Shown one piece after another: positions 37,619-47,214 of a stretch of DNA of 64,000 bases (its first letter is position 1; every line of letters begins with the position of its first letter). The notes beneath the pieces are model-generated. The model was given only the letters and a program-made list of their open reading frames with translations. It had not been told where the DNA came from and searched no databases. Origin of the DNA: Syntrophales bacterium (GTDB lineage Bacteria; Desulfobacterota; Syntrophia; Syntrophales; UBA6807). The stretch lies in the NCBI GenBank assembly GCA_040767195.1, contig JAXGPA010000001.1, forward strand, positions 448,001 to 512,000, read 5' to 3'. The translations under genes were made by a program, and so were the position numbers.

Positions 37619-38407
37619 CTACTTGGGCGGTTCCCCGGGTGTTTCTTCGATACGGGCGTCCCTTTCCTTGTTCCAGTCGACCCAGTCGTTCTTGTCTTCC
37701 GCGGTGGTGAACTCCCTCGGTTCCTCGGCGACACCGTCTGCGCCGATCCGGATCTGCTGCATCGATTTGACGATGAACACCCACTCTTCCATGGAAACCT
37801 TTGTGGGGCCGGGAACGGGCTTCGGGCCTGCCACTTTCGTCGGGGGACCGACGGGAGCGAAGGGCGGCGCCACGGGCTGCGGAGGCCTGGACACGGCCAC
37901 GGAACCGTCATAGACCCGGACAAGGGCCGACTGGTCCTCGTAAACATTCATCCGGTAAATGGTCCCGCGGGCACCGGCCACGGCGTTTTCCGAGGCGATC
38001 TCGAAGCCCGACTGGACGCCCAGGGTCCGGCTTACGTTAGCCCAGGTCCTTCCGAGAAGCACGTCGACTTTCACCTCTCTCGTTCCCGCATCCTCGTCGA
38101 CGGCGAGGGCCGCGAGCTTGAGGCGCGTCTTGTCGGCGAAACGGAGAATCGAGCCATCCTTGAGGAGGATTTCCATCCTGGAATCCGGTCCTGTCCTGAT
38201 CTCGCCGCCCGGGCCCACAAGATCGCCCGCGCAAAGAGCCGTCCAGGTTTGCTCCCCGCTTTTCATCGCCTCGGCAGTGCCCTCGAGGAAGGAAACTTTC
38301 GCCTCGTTTCCCCCGATGTCCACCGTTACGGGCCGCTTCGCCAGGCCATCCCCGGCAAAGGCCCACACCACGCAGGCCGCAAGAGCGATCGCGACTCGGG
38401 ATTTCAT
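37619..38407 (-). CDS. Secreted FecR-domain protein
   Basis: Signal peptide MKSRVAIALAACVVWAFA; IRTGPDSRMEILLKDGSILR, AVAGARGT and VRVYDGSV FecR-like motifs. Confidence 0.8.
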   Translation of the reverse strand: MKSRVAIALAACVVWAFAGDGLAKRPVTVDIGGNEAKVSFLEGTAEAMKSGEQTWTALCAGDLVGPGGEIRTGPDSRMEILLKDGSILRFADKTRLKLAALAVDEDAGTREVKVDVLLGRTWANVSRTLGVQSGFEIASENAVAGARGTIYRMNVYEDQSALVRVYDGSVAVSRPPQPVAPPFAPVGPPTKVAGPKPVPGPTKVSMEEWVFIVKSMQQIRIGADGVAEEPREFTTAEDKNDWVDWNKERDARIEETPGEPPK

Positions 38408-38426
38408 TTCGGACCCCTTTTTCTCT

Positions 38427-39092
38427 CTATGAACCGAAAGGCCACCATTTTTCGAAAAAACCCTTTTTGGGAACCGCCATGCCGACGGCGTGAGGACCGT
38501 CGGGAAAGCCGGAAAGGGTCTTCGCCACCCCTTCGTGGAGGACCTCATCGGAAGCGATGACCGTCTTCACCTCGAGGCTTTTCTTCGGGAATCCCCAGGT
38601 CCGACGAACGGCCCCGCCTTCGGAACACCACAACGTCTCCCCCGTGGCCGCGCTCCGCAGGGCCAGGGTCATCCGGATTTCCGTGGGGGCGTAAAAAAGG
38701 ATGGACCTGGATTTCCACTCCTCTATGGTCCCGTAAAGAACGGCATCGACGCCGAGCAGCCGGCCCGCCGCTTCGGGGGAGATGGTTCCCCGTTCTCCCG
38801 ATGGGCCGGCCGGGTAGGCCTCTTCAAGTTTCTCGTCCACCAGATCCAGGGGAACCTTGGGATATCCCTTGAAAAACAGTTCCTCGTGCAGGAGTTTCCG
38901 GATATCACCGGCAGCCGTCTCATCCATCCCCGGGGCGGAGAGGGGCATGACGGCGATGAGCCGAACCGCTTTCTCCTCGAAATCGGGGACCTTTGTATAG
39001 GACGCGTCGGAACCGCACCCCCACAGGGCGACCGCCAGGGCGACAGCGGAAAGGAGAAGAAACACGCGGTTCATCATTAGACGGTCCGTCAT
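38427..39092 (-). CDS. Lipoprotein, DUF799/GNA1162-like
   Basis: Lipobox LWGC; IAVMP, LGVDAVLYGTI and TGETLW motifs. Confidence 0.7.
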   Translation of the reverse strand: MTDRLMMNRVFLLLSAVALAVALWGCGSDASYTKVPDFEEKAVRLIAVMPLSAPGMDETAAGDIRKLLHEELFFKGYPKVPLDLVDEKLEEAYPAGPSGERGTISPEAAGRLLGVDAVLYGTIEEWKSRSILFYAPTEIRMTLALRSAATGETLWCSEGGAVRRTWGFPKKSLEVKTVIASDEVLHEGVAKTLSGFPDGPHAVGMAVPKKGFFEKWWPFGS

Positions 39093-40255
39093 TTCACAAG
39101 GCTTGCTTCCAGGCTGTTCTGGCTCACATTGGTGATATCGAGCGAAAAGCCCTCGAATTTGGCCAGCGCCAGCTCATCGGCCAGGGACATGGCGTTCCCT
39201 TCGATCTGGAGGTCCATTTTGGCCGTTCCACCTTCCATCTTCCGAAGGAAGATGTCCTGGACGCCCCGGACTTCCGTCTTCAGGGCGTCTTTCAGCCGGA
39301 TGAAGTCGGCGTAGCTTTTCAATCCTCTGACCGTGAGGGAAACCAGGGTCGTGGAAGCGACTTCGGACTGCCACTTGGCCACGATCTGGGCTTTCAGGTC
39401 TTCCGCCACGTTTCCCGCCGCTTTTTCCAGCGCGTTGGTGCCGCCGGTGATGTCGTCGATGTGGACGGCCGCCCCATGCCCCCCGGCGGAGGCGATGACC
39501 ATGCCCGTGTCCACCCGGACCGCCCGGGCGGTCACGTTGGCCTGGAGGGACTTCATGGCTGTCCCGGCGATATTGCCGGCATACTTGGCAAAGGCTTTCC
39601 CCACGATCACGAGCTCGGCGTCCACCTGCTCTCCCATCCGCACCGCCTCGGCATCACTCAGGTTATCCGACGCCATTTTCAATTTCCCGGCCAGGGGCGT
39701 CCGGTCCACGAAAGTGAACCCGTCCTTCAGGAAACTCGCGTGAATAACGTTTTCACAGACCGAGAGGTCGGTACCCCGCCAGTAATAATAGGGATGGGAC
39801 TGTCCCACGTTCTGCTCGGCCATGAGGACCATGATTCGCGGCATGTTTTTCCGCGCCATGAGCAGGCCCAGGGCCTGCAGGTCGTCCCGTATGTTCCCCA
39901 GGGAAACGGTGGCCCGGATCTTGACACGGTAGAGGTTGTCCCGGACGTCTTCATAGAAGATCGCGTAATTCTGGATGTACCCCTGGGACCGCGAATAGAT
40001 CCTGTCGCTCAGGACCTCATAATTCTGCACCATGGTCTCCGAGGAGATGAACGTGCCCACGGCCTGTTCCACCGCTCTTCTCAGGGCGTCCTTGATGGCG
40101 CTGTCCCTTCCGATGGCCTTGTTGTCGTTGACCACCGCGCCGGCGCCCTCGACGTCTATGGTGGTCACTTTCCCGTCCCCGGCCGCCAGGGCGCCCGCGG
40201 AGAAAAACAGGAGCAGTGCAAGGGCCCATGAAAGCAGGGCTGACCGCCGCCTCAC
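39089..40255 (-). CDS. Secreted protein with FlgT N-terminal-like domain
   Basis: Signal peptide; AIKDALRRAVEQAVGTFISSETMVQNY...SQGYIQNY pattern followed by PRIMVLMAE. Confidence 0.7.
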   Translation of the reverse strand: MRRRSALLSWALALLLFFSAGALAAGDGKVTTIDVEGAGAVVNDNKAIGRDSAIKDALRRAVEQAVGTFISSETMVQNYEVLSDRIYSRSQGYIQNYAIFYEDVRDNLYRVKIRATVSLGNIRDDLQALGLLMARKNMPRIMVLMAEQNVGQSHPYYYWRGTDLSVCENVIHASFLKDGFTFVDRTPLAGKLKMASDNLSDAEAVRMGEQVDAELVIVGKAFAKYAGNIAGTAMKSLQANVTARAVRVDTGMVIASAGGHGAAVHIDDITGGTNALEKAAGNVAEDLKAQIVAKWQSEVASTTLVSLTVRGLKSYADFIRLKDALKTEVRGVQDIFLRKMEGGTAKMDLQIEGNAMSLADELALAKFEGFSLDITNVSQNSLEASLVK

Positions 40256-40283
40256 GATGAACCTCCTTCTCCGGGATAAAGCG

Positions 40284-40496
40284 CTACTCCCGGTTTTCTT
40301 TCAGTTTTTCGATCTCTTCCCGGACGACTCTCTCCGCGACGGCAGGGAAAAGCTCCCGGGCGACCCGTTCCACCGTCGCCGTCAGATGCTCCACCATGCC
40401 CCGGGGAAGAAAAGCCATGTCTTCCGGAACCCCCTCTTCGACAACGTCGGTCAGATCGAAGACGGGTTCTCCCGATCCCGGCAGATTATCCTCCAT
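40284..40496 (-). CDS. Small acidic protein with PopZ/RomR-C-like terminal helix
   Basis: VFDLTDVVEE segment and C-terminal ELFPAVAERVVREEIEKLK; first gene of the operon, with SD GAGGG. Confidence 0.65.
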   Translation of the reverse strand: MEDNLPGSGEPVFDLTDVVEEGVPEDMAFLPRGMVEHLTATVERVARELFPAVAERVVREEIEKLKENRE

Positions 40497-40571
40497 TTTC
40501 CGCTTTTCCCTCGTGGATTTTTATAATTAACGGCTTAGAACTACCATACCTCCCGGGGGAGTTCAAGAACC

Positions 40572-40696
40572 AAAAAAGGGGACAGATTTATTTTTCAGTC
40601 TCTCTCCGACCCAAAAAGTAAAAGGGGACGGTTTTAAATCCGTCCCCTTTTTTTAACGTAACGGGAGGGGTTCAGATATAAATCCGCCCCTCTTTT
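40572..40696. repeat. Cluster of REP-like AAAAGGGGAC(A/G)GATTTA repeats downstream of atpB
   Basis: Single copy at 40572-40595, hairpin AAAAGGGGACGG-TTTTAAAT-CCGTCCCCTTTT at 40620-40651 and a degenerate hairpin at about 40665-40692. Confidence 0.85.
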
Positions 40697-40702
40697 ATTT
40701 CA

Positions 40703-41356
40703 TTAATGGGCCTCCTGCATGGCCAGGGAAATGTAGATCATGGAAAGCATCATGAACACCAGCGTTTGAATGATGGACGTAAAGATCATGAGAATCACCA
40801 CGGGCAGGGGCATGAGAAAGGGCACGAGCATGAGGACGATGGCCAGGACCAGGTCCTCTCCGCGGATGTTTCCGAAGAGCCGGACGGAGAGAGAAAGGGG
40901 CCGTGCCAGGTGGCTCACGATTTCAATGGGAAGCATGATGGGCGTCATCCACCAGACCGGTCCGAGAAACTGTTTCACGTACTTGAACCCGTGCACCCAG
41001 ACCCCCACGATGTGGGTCAGGACAAAAACGAGGAGGGCCATGGAAACGGTGGTGTTCAGGTTGGCCGTCGGTGACTCGAAGCCCGGGAAAACCCCGAGGA
41101 GGTTGGACACGAGAATGAAGAGGCCGAGCGTGAAAATGAGCGGGAAAAACTTTTTCCCCTCTGGTCCCATGGCGTCTTCCACCAACCCGCGGAGGCTGTC
41201 GACAATCACTTCGAAAACGTTCTGAAGCCTGCCGGGGTAGATATCGAGCTTCCGGGTTACCAGGAAGGAGAGGATGAAAAGCAGGGCCATGACGAACCAC
41301 GTATAGGTGACGTGGGGGGGGAAATACGGGTTATCGAGAAATAACAGGGGATGCAT
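40703..41356 (-). CDS. atpB: F0F1 ATP synthase subunit a
   Basis: [22 protein letters not shown] (essential Arg) and [13 protein letters not shown]. Confidence 0.95.
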   Translation of the reverse strand: MHPLLFLDNPYFPPHVTYTWFVMALLFILSFLVTRKLDIYPGRLQNVFEVIVDSLRGLVEDAMGPEGKKFFPLIFTLGLFILVSNLLGVFPGFESPTANLNTTVSMALLVFVLTHIVGVWVHGFKYVKQFLGPVWWMTPIMLPIEIVSHLARPLSLSVRLFGNIRGEDLVLAIVLMLVPFLMPLPVVILMIFTSIIQTLVFMMLSMIYISLAMQEAH

Positions 41357-41786
41357 TTTTATCCTTTAACCTCCTTAACGGGTTTATGTAATGTGCCGTC
41401 ACAACCGTCATGAAAACGCTGACGATGACCACGGAAAGCCCCGCGACGAGCCCCAGGACGTTTGCCGGCGTTTTTGTGATCACGAGGAAGAGGACCCCGG
41501 CGGTCAGGACCAGGCGGAGATAGTGTCTCACCAGCATGAAGGCCCGCGGTTTTCCCGGCCCGTTCCCGCCGACTCGCCGGCTTACGAGGATTCCGAGGTC
41601 CCGGGACAGGAATAGAAAGTTGACGATCCCGATAAGCCCGCCGAGAAAAAAGCCAAGGGCGACCGCCGAGGAAAACAGCATATACCCTGTCCCCGTTCCC
41701 GTGGCCAGAAGAGCCCAGCACACCCACTCAATCTTTTTCGGCAGGGGTGTCCCGGTTTCCTCCGCTTTCTTCTCCATGATCTTCAT
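41331..41786 (-). CDS. atpI: ATP synthase protein I
   Basis: Four TM helices, [13 protein letters not shown] and GLVAGLSVV; directly before atpB. Confidence 0.85.
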   Translation of the reverse strand: MKIMEKKAEETGTPLPKKIEWVCWALLATGTGTGYMLFSSAVALGFFLGGLIGIVNFLFLSRDLGILVSRRVGGNGPGKPRAFMLVRHYLRLVLTAGVLFLVITKTPANVLGLVAGLSVVIVSVFMTVVTAHYINPLRRLKDKNASPVISR

Positions 41787-42006
41787 CTTTCGGAAAGTAT
41801 TTCTTCACGAAGTGAAAAACATTCCTCAGACCCGCGGCGACTCCGATGAAAAAGAACAGGGCGGCAAAAATGTTTTTCGTTCCGAGCTGCCTGTCTATGA
41901 ACACGCCGATGAGAAGGCTCCCGAAAAGGGCAATGGCCATGCCGACGCCGAGGCTGCTGGCATAAGCCAATGTGAAGAACCATCTTCTCTTCTGCTTCCT
42001 GTCCAT
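41728..42006 (-). CDS. AtpZ/AtpQ-family small ATP synthase accessory protein
   Basis: ASSLGVGMAIALFGSLLIGVFIDRQLGT...GVAAGLRNV pattern with two TM helices. Confidence 0.8.
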   Translation of the reverse strand: MDRKQKRRWFFTLAYASSLGVGMAIALFGSLLIGVFIDRQLGTKNIFAALFFFIGVAAGLRNVFHFVKKYFPKDEDHGEESGGNRDTPAEKD

Positions 42007-42092
42007 GGACGATGCCGTCATTAACACAAAGGGAGGGGGGATGTCAATTACTAAAAAAAGAGACCATGAAACCACCGTTTAAAAAAGACAGC

Positions 42093-42164
42093 AAAAGGGG
42101 ACGGATTTATTTTTTATTCTGTGAAAAAAATAAATCCGTCCCCTTTTTTGTCTGTCCCCTTTTT
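42093..42164. repeat. REPIN-like 23-bp perfect inverted repeat plus an extra half-copy
   Basis: AAAAGGGGACGGATTTATTTTTT (42093-42115), 9-nt spacer, AAAAAATAAATCCGTCCCCTTTT (42125-42147), then TCTGTCCCCTTTTT. Confidence 0.9.
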
Positions 42165-42167
42165 CTT

Positions 42168-44021
42168 TTACTTGATGGGGCGGTATTCCGGCAGGGTGTC
42201 CATGAGGGCCCTGCGGATCCCGTCTCCGTCATAGGTCGCTGCGGCTTCGAGAAGCTTCTCCACGCGGACCTGCAGAGCCGCCCACTCCCACGTTCCCCCC
42301 TTCAGGACGAGAATCTTCCCGTGCTCCGTCGGGACGATCCCCTCCCCGTCGGTGATGAGCTCCTCGTGGATCTTCTCGCCCGGCCGAAGGCCGATGAAAC
42401 GGATGGGAATATCCCGGTCCGGCTCCATGCCGCTCAAGCGAATCAGGTCTTTCGCCATGTCCACGATCCGGACGGGCCGTCCCATGTCAAGAATGAAGAT
42501 TTCCCCCCCGTTTCCCATGGCGGCGGCCTGGAGAATGAGCTGGGCCGCCTCGGGGATGGTCATGAAATACCGGGTCATCTCGGGGTGGGTGACGGTAACG
42601 GGAAGGCGCCGGGCGATCTGTTCCTGAAACAGGGGGACGACGGACCCGGAGCTCCCCAGGACATTCCCGAACCGGACGGCGAGAAACCGCGTCCCGCCCC
42701 GGCCGTTCATGGACTCGACGAGAAGCTCGGCGACCCTTTTCGTGGCCCCCATGACGCTGGTGGGCCGGACGGCCTTGTCCGTGGACACCAGGACGAACCG
42801 TTCCACCCTCTCCTGAAGGGCCAGTTCCATGACGTTCCGACTGCCCAGGACATTGTTGAAGACCGCCTCCCACGGCTGGAGCTCCTGCATGGGCACATGC
42901 TTGTAGGCGGCGGCATGAAAGACCACCTGGGGCCGGAACAGGCGGAAGACCCGCTCAAGGGCCGGGCGGTTCCGGACATCCACGAGCTCGCTTCTCAGAT
43001 CCAGACCCGGGTTTTTCTGCCGGATTTCCGATTCGATGCGGAATAGATGATATTCGCTGAATTCGACGAGGGCCAGGGATTCGGGATCGAAGCGCCCGAT
43101 CTGCCGGACCAGTTCGCTTCCGATGGAGCCGCCGGCGCCGGTGACGAGAATGCGCTTTCCCTTGAGGCACGCTTCGATGGACGCCCGGTCGAGGTGGACC
43201 TCCTCCCGCCCGAGAAGATCCGCCAGGGTAACGTCCCGAACGGCCTGGACGGACACGCGCCCATCGATGAGCTCCCCCAGTCCGGGCATGGTCCGGTAAC
43301 GCCGGCCCGTTCTTTCGCAGGCGTCCACGATCCGCCGCATGGACTCACCGTCGGCGGACGGAATGGCGATGAGAATCTCGTCGAACAGAACAGGCACCCT
43401 GTCGATATCCGACACGGCGCCGAGAACGGGAACACCGTGGATGGATCTTCCCCGCTTCGCCGGGTCATCATCGAGAAAGCCCACGGGGTGAAGGCGAAGC
43501 TGGCGGTTGTCCGAAATCTCACGGAGGACCTTTTCCCCGGCATTCCCGGCGCCGATGATGAGAAGACTTTTGAAAGCCTGCCCATGGACTCCCCGCCAGT
43601 TCCAGAGGGCCCTCAGGCTGCCGGTGAACAAAAGGCGGCTCAGGACCCGGACTCCGGCGACAAGAAGAAAGGTGAGGACATAGTCTATGATATAGACGGA
43701 CCGTGAAAATCCCTGGAAGTGAAATGTGAAAAGAAGTACCAGGACAACGGCCACGGAAGCGGCCGTCACGGCCTTGAGGACGTTGGCCAGATCGACGAGG
43801 CTCGTGTAGCGCCACATGCCCCGGTAAAGATGGAAAAGGAAAAAAAAGGCCATCTTGACGGGCACCACCCAGGGCAGGGTTTTCCCGATATTGGCCCACT
43901 CAAGGGGCGGGAGGTCCCCCTCGAACCGGAGGGCATAGGCGAGGAGGTAGGCCGCCGTCACCAGGAGAAGGTCCGCCAGGGGAGCAAGGAAGGGCCGAAG
44001 TTTCAAGTGAAACCTGTCCAT
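42168..44021 (-). CDS. Membrane-bound UDP-GlcNAc 4,6-dehydratase (PglF/CapD/WbpM-like)
   Basis: Four TM helices, GAGGSIGSEL, HAAAYKHVP, STDKAV..MGATKR, RFGNVLGSSGSV and GLRPGEK. Confidence 0.93.
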   Translation of the reverse strand: MDRFHLKLRPFLAPLADLLLVTAAYLLAYALRFEGDLPPLEWANIGKTLPWVVPVKMAFFFLFHLYRGMWRYTSLVDLANVLKAVTAASVAVVLVLLFTFHFQGFSRSVYIIDYVLTFLLVAGVRVLSRLLFTGSLRALWNWRGVHGQAFKSLLIIGAGNAGEKVLREISDNRQLRLHPVGFLDDDPAKRGRSIHGVPVLGAVSDIDRVPVLFDEILIAIPSADGESMRRIVDACERTGRRYRTMPGLGELIDGRVSVQAVRDVTLADLLGREEVHLDRASIEACLKGKRILVTGAGGSIGSELVRQIGRFDPESLALVEFSEYHLFRIESEIRQKNPGLDLRSELVDVRNRPALERVFRLFRPQVVFHAAAYKHVPMQELQPWEAVFNNVLGSRNVMELALQERVERFVLVSTDKAVRPTSVMGATKRVAELLVESMNGRGGTRFLAVRFGNVLGSSGSVVPLFQEQIARRLPVTVTHPEMTRYFMTIPEAAQLILQAAAMGNGGEIFILDMGRPVRIVDMAKDLIRLSGMEPDRDIPIRFIGLRPGEKIHEELITDGEGIVPTEHGKILVLKGGTWEWAALQVRVEKLLEAAATYDGDGIRRALMDTLPEYRPIK

Positions 44022-44025
44022 GATT

Positions 44026-44637
44026 CTACGGAGTCCTCAGGGGCAGCCGGGGGACCAGGGTCATCAGGATGACCCGGATGTCCCGGGACAGGGTCGCTTT
44101 TTTGCCGTATTCCAGGTTCAGCCTTATTTTTTCCGGAACGAGGACCCGGACATAGTACTCCTCGGGGTCCCCGGCACGGGCCAGGCATTCCGATTCGTCG
44201 CGGTACCGGATGGACGCGGGGTCGGTGATCCCCGGCATCAGGTCCAGGACCCTTCGCTCTTCGGGAGAGTACCGGGCGACGTAACGGGCCACCTCCGGCC
44301 GGGGCCCGACGAGGCTCATGGTCCCTTCAAGGACGTTGAAGAGCTGGGGCAGTTCGTCGACCTTCCACCCCCGGAGCCGTTTCCCCAGGGCGGTAATCCG
44401 CCCGTCCCCGCCCACGGTGAGAAGGGCGCCCCGCTTCTCCGCGCCGGGGACCATGGTCCGGAACTTCCACATGCGAAAAGGCTTTCCGCCCCGGCCGACC
44501 CGCGCCTGCCTGAAAAAAACGGGGCTGCCGTCGCAGACCCGGATACACAGGGCCACGGCGCACAGGAGGGGGCTGAGAAGGACCACGCCCAGGAAGGACG
44601 CCGCGAGATCGAAGGGCCTTTTCATGGCTCCGGTCAC
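44026..44637 (-). CDS. Bacterial sugar transferase (small monotopic phosphoglycosyl transferase, PglC-like)
   Basis: KRPFD, KFRTM, DELPQLFNVL, MSLVGPRP and PGIT. Confidence 0.92.
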   Translation of the reverse strand: MTGAMKRPFDLAASFLGVVLLSPLLCAVALCIRVCDGSPVFFRQARVGRGGKPFRMWKFRTMVPGAEKRGALLTVGGDGRITALGKRLRGWKVDELPQLFNVLEGTMSLVGPRPEVARYVARYSPEERRVLDLMPGITDPASIRYRDESECLARAGDPEEYYVRVLVPEKIRLNLEYGKKATLSRDIRVILMTLVPRLPLRTP

Positions 44638-45797
44638 CGCCGGTATCGCCGGATCACGTCACGGACGGCCTCGACGACATCCCCGGCGTCCCCGTCGGTC
44701 ATCCGAAGGTTGAGAGGCAGGCTCACCATGCGTTCGAAGTTCTTCCAGGCCACGGGGAAGTCTTCCTTCCCGTAACGGTATTTCTCCCGGTAGTAGGGAT
44801 GAACGTGAAGGGGGATGAAATGGACGGACGTCCCGATGTTCAGGGCCTTCAGTTCCTCGATGAACCGGTCCCGGTGGATCGTCAGGGCTTCCGGAACGAG
44901 CCGGAGCACATAGAGATACCAGGCATGGTCCACATTCTCTCTTTCCACGGGAATCTCCAGCGCTTCCTCATCCCGGAAAGCCTCCCGGTAGAGGGCGACG
45001 ATCTCCCGCCGCCGCTTCTGGTAGGATTCGAGCTTCGCCAGCTGATGCAGCCCCAGGCTCGCCTGGATGTCCGTCATGTTGTACTTGAACCCGGGCAGGA
45101 CGACCTCGTAAAACCACCCCCCCGCCTGGTCGTACCGCTTCCAGGCGTCCCGGCTCATGCCGTGGAGGCTGACGACCCGGGCCTTCTCCAGGAACCCGGG
45201 ATCTCCCGTGAGCATCCCCCCCTCGCCGGTTGTGAGGTTTTTGGTGGCGTAAAAACTGAAGGAGGCGGGGTTGTCACCGGATCCCACGACGCGTCCCCGG
45301 TATCTGGCCGGCAGGGCGTGGGCGGCGTCCTCGACAACGAGAAGGCCGCGGGACCCCGCCAGATCGAGAATGGCGTCCATGTCCGCGGGGTGGCCGGCGA
45401 AATGAACGGGCATGACGGCTTTCGTCTTTTCCGAAAGGGCCGCCTCGACACGGGTTGGATCAATGTTCAGCGTGTCAGGCTCCACGTCGACGAGAACGGG
45501 CCGCGCCCCGGTCTGTTCAATGACGTTCGCCGTGGCGGCGAAGGTCAGGGTGGTGGTGATCACCTCGTCCCCCGGCCCGACGCCCGCCGTGACGAGGGCC
45601 GTGTGGAGTCCGGCGGTGCACGAGTTCAGGGCCAGGGCCCCGGGAGCGTGAACGAACCGGGCGAAATCCTCTTCGAACTTCCTCGTCTTGGGTCCCGTGG
45701 TGATCCAGTCCGACCGAAGGGTGTCGACGACTTCCCGGATCTCATCTTCCCCGATCAGGGGGGGTGAGAAGGGGAGGAACTCTTTCCGCATTTCCAT
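44634..45797 (-). CDS. DegT/DnrJ/EryC1/StrS PLP-dependent sugar aminotransferase
   Basis: WITTGP, NSCTAGLH, VEDAAHA and SFYATKNLTTGEGG. Confidence 0.93.
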   Translation of the reverse strand: MEMRKEFLPFSPPLIGEDEIREVVDTLRSDWITTGPKTRKFEEDFARFVHAPGALALNSCTAGLHTALVTAGVGPGDEVITTTLTFAATANVIEQTGARPVLVDVEPDTLNIDPTRVEAALSEKTKAVMPVHFAGHPADMDAILDLAGSRGLLVVEDAAHALPARYRGRVVGSGDNPASFSFYATKNLTTGEGGMLTGDPGFLEKARVVSLHGMSRDAWKRYDQAGGWFYEVVLPGFKYNMTDIQASLGLHQLAKLESYQKRRREIVALYREAFRDEEALEIPVERENVDHAWYLYVLRLVPEALTIHRDRFIEELKALNIGTSVHFIPLHVHPYYREKYRYGKEDFPVAWKNFERMVSLPLNLRMTDGDAGDVVEAVRDVIRRYRR

Positions 45798-45888
45798 TCT
45801 CCCTCAAAAATTGCTACATGATACAGAAAAAAAGCGTTCAGGGAAACAAAATCTCCGAACACGGCAACTCATCGAAAACGCCGGCCGC

Positions 45889-47214
45889 TCAAGAACCTTG
45901 ACGTTCCCTTGAAAAATCGGCCTGCACGGTGCGTTTCCCGGCAGCGGCCCGTCCGGCGTCTCCCGCTCCGGGTAAACTCCCCGCTTTGTTCTCGAGGACC
46001 CGAAGAAACCTTTCCGCTAACACCCCGTAATCGTGACGGGCCGTCACGTATCGCCGGCCTTTTTCCCCCATCTTTTCCCGCGCCGCGGGAGACAGGGCGG
46101 CCAGGGCCTTCAAGGAACCGGCAAGGGCAGGGGCGTCGCCCGGCGCGACCGTCAGTCCGCAGCCGCTCTCCCCGACCGGGTCGTTGCCCGCCTCGATGGC
46201 CGAAAGGACAGGCTTACCCGCCATCATGTAGTCCATGAGCTTGTTCGGGCTTATCCCGAACCGGAAAAGGGGCTCCGGCCGCAGGCCGATGTACAGGAGA
46301 TCCATACGGGACAAGAGGTCGGGAACGGCCTTCCGGGGCACCGTCGGAAGGAAAACGACCCGTTCAAGCCCGATTGAGCGGGCCCTTTGGCGAAGAGCCT
46401 CCTTTTCAGGTCCCTGTCCGGCGAGAACGAACCAGAAGGGTCCCCTTTTCAGGATCTCCGCCGCCTCAAGCAGCGTGTTCAGATTGTTGGCCAGCCCATG
46501 GGCCCCGGCGTAGCCGACGATGAGCCCCTTTTGCCGCCGCAATTCCGAAAAAACCGTTTCGTGCGTCTCCGGTATCTTCACGGAATGGTTCCGCCACTCC
46601 TCTAGATCGACCCCATTGGGAATGTAAACGAACTTATCCCGGGCCATGCCGTGGCGCTCCATGTGGGCCCGGGCTTCGGGGAGCATGGACACGACCCGGT
46701 CCGCCGCCCGGTAGGCGAAATCCTCCGCCCCCTGCATGACCAGGATAAAGGGGTGCCGGGGAGACATTCCCCCCAGTTCCACGGGAGAGAGGGGCCACAG
46801 GTCATGGACCTCGAAAACGAGCCTGGCCCCTGCCCTGCGGGCCATGAGCCAGGCCGGGAAGATGTCCAGGGGATAGGTGGAAGAGGCGATGACCACGTCG
46901 GGACGGACCAGCCTCAAAATTTTTCCGTGATGGAAAAAAAGACGAAAAATGAAGGCCCCCATGTTCCGGACCCGGCGCATGTCGTTTCCACCGTAACGGG
47001 GCGTGGAAAGCCACAGGTAACGGATCCCGTCCACCCACGATTCTTTCCCGGCTGATGGGACCTTGGGGTTTTTCGTCCTCACATGGGAAAAGGAGGCCGC
47101 CGCTATGGTCACCTCATGGCCCCGGCGGACCCACTCCCGGGCGAGGTAATAAGGCCGGAACTCCATTCCGAGATCGGGGGATCCCGCGTAGTGATTGATG
47201 AGCAGGACGTTCAT
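45889..47214 (-). CDS. GT4 glycosyltransferase (WbuB-like)
   Basis: FEVHDLWP, YAGAHGLAN and ISPNKLMDYMMAGKP. Confidence 0.9.
   Translation of the reverse strand: MNVLLINHYAGSPDLGMEFRPYYLAREWVRRGHEVTIAAASFSHVRTKNPKVPSAGKESWVDGIRYLWLSTPRYGGNDMRRVRNMGAFIFRLFFHHGKILRLVRPDVVIASSTYPLDIFPAWLMARRAGARLVFEVHDLWPLSPVELGGMSPRHPFILVMQGAEDFAYRAADRVVSMLPEARAHMERHGMARDKFVYIPNGVDLEEWRNHSVKIPETHETVFSELRRQKGLIVGYAGAHGLANNLNTLLEAAEILKRGPFWFVLAGQGPEKEALRQRARSIGLERVVFLPTVPRKAVPDLLSRMDLLYIGLRPEPLFRFGISPNKLMDYMMAGKPVLSAIEAGNDPVGESGCGLTVAPGDAPALAGSLKALAALSPAAREKMGEKGRRYVTARHDYGVLAERFLRVLENKAGSLPGAGDAGRAAAGKRTVQADFSRERQGS

Noticed and set aside
40572..42164. GGGGAC repeats as a CRISPR array
   Set aside because: The copies are inverted and irregularly spaced, with no unique spacers of constant length and no cas genes.
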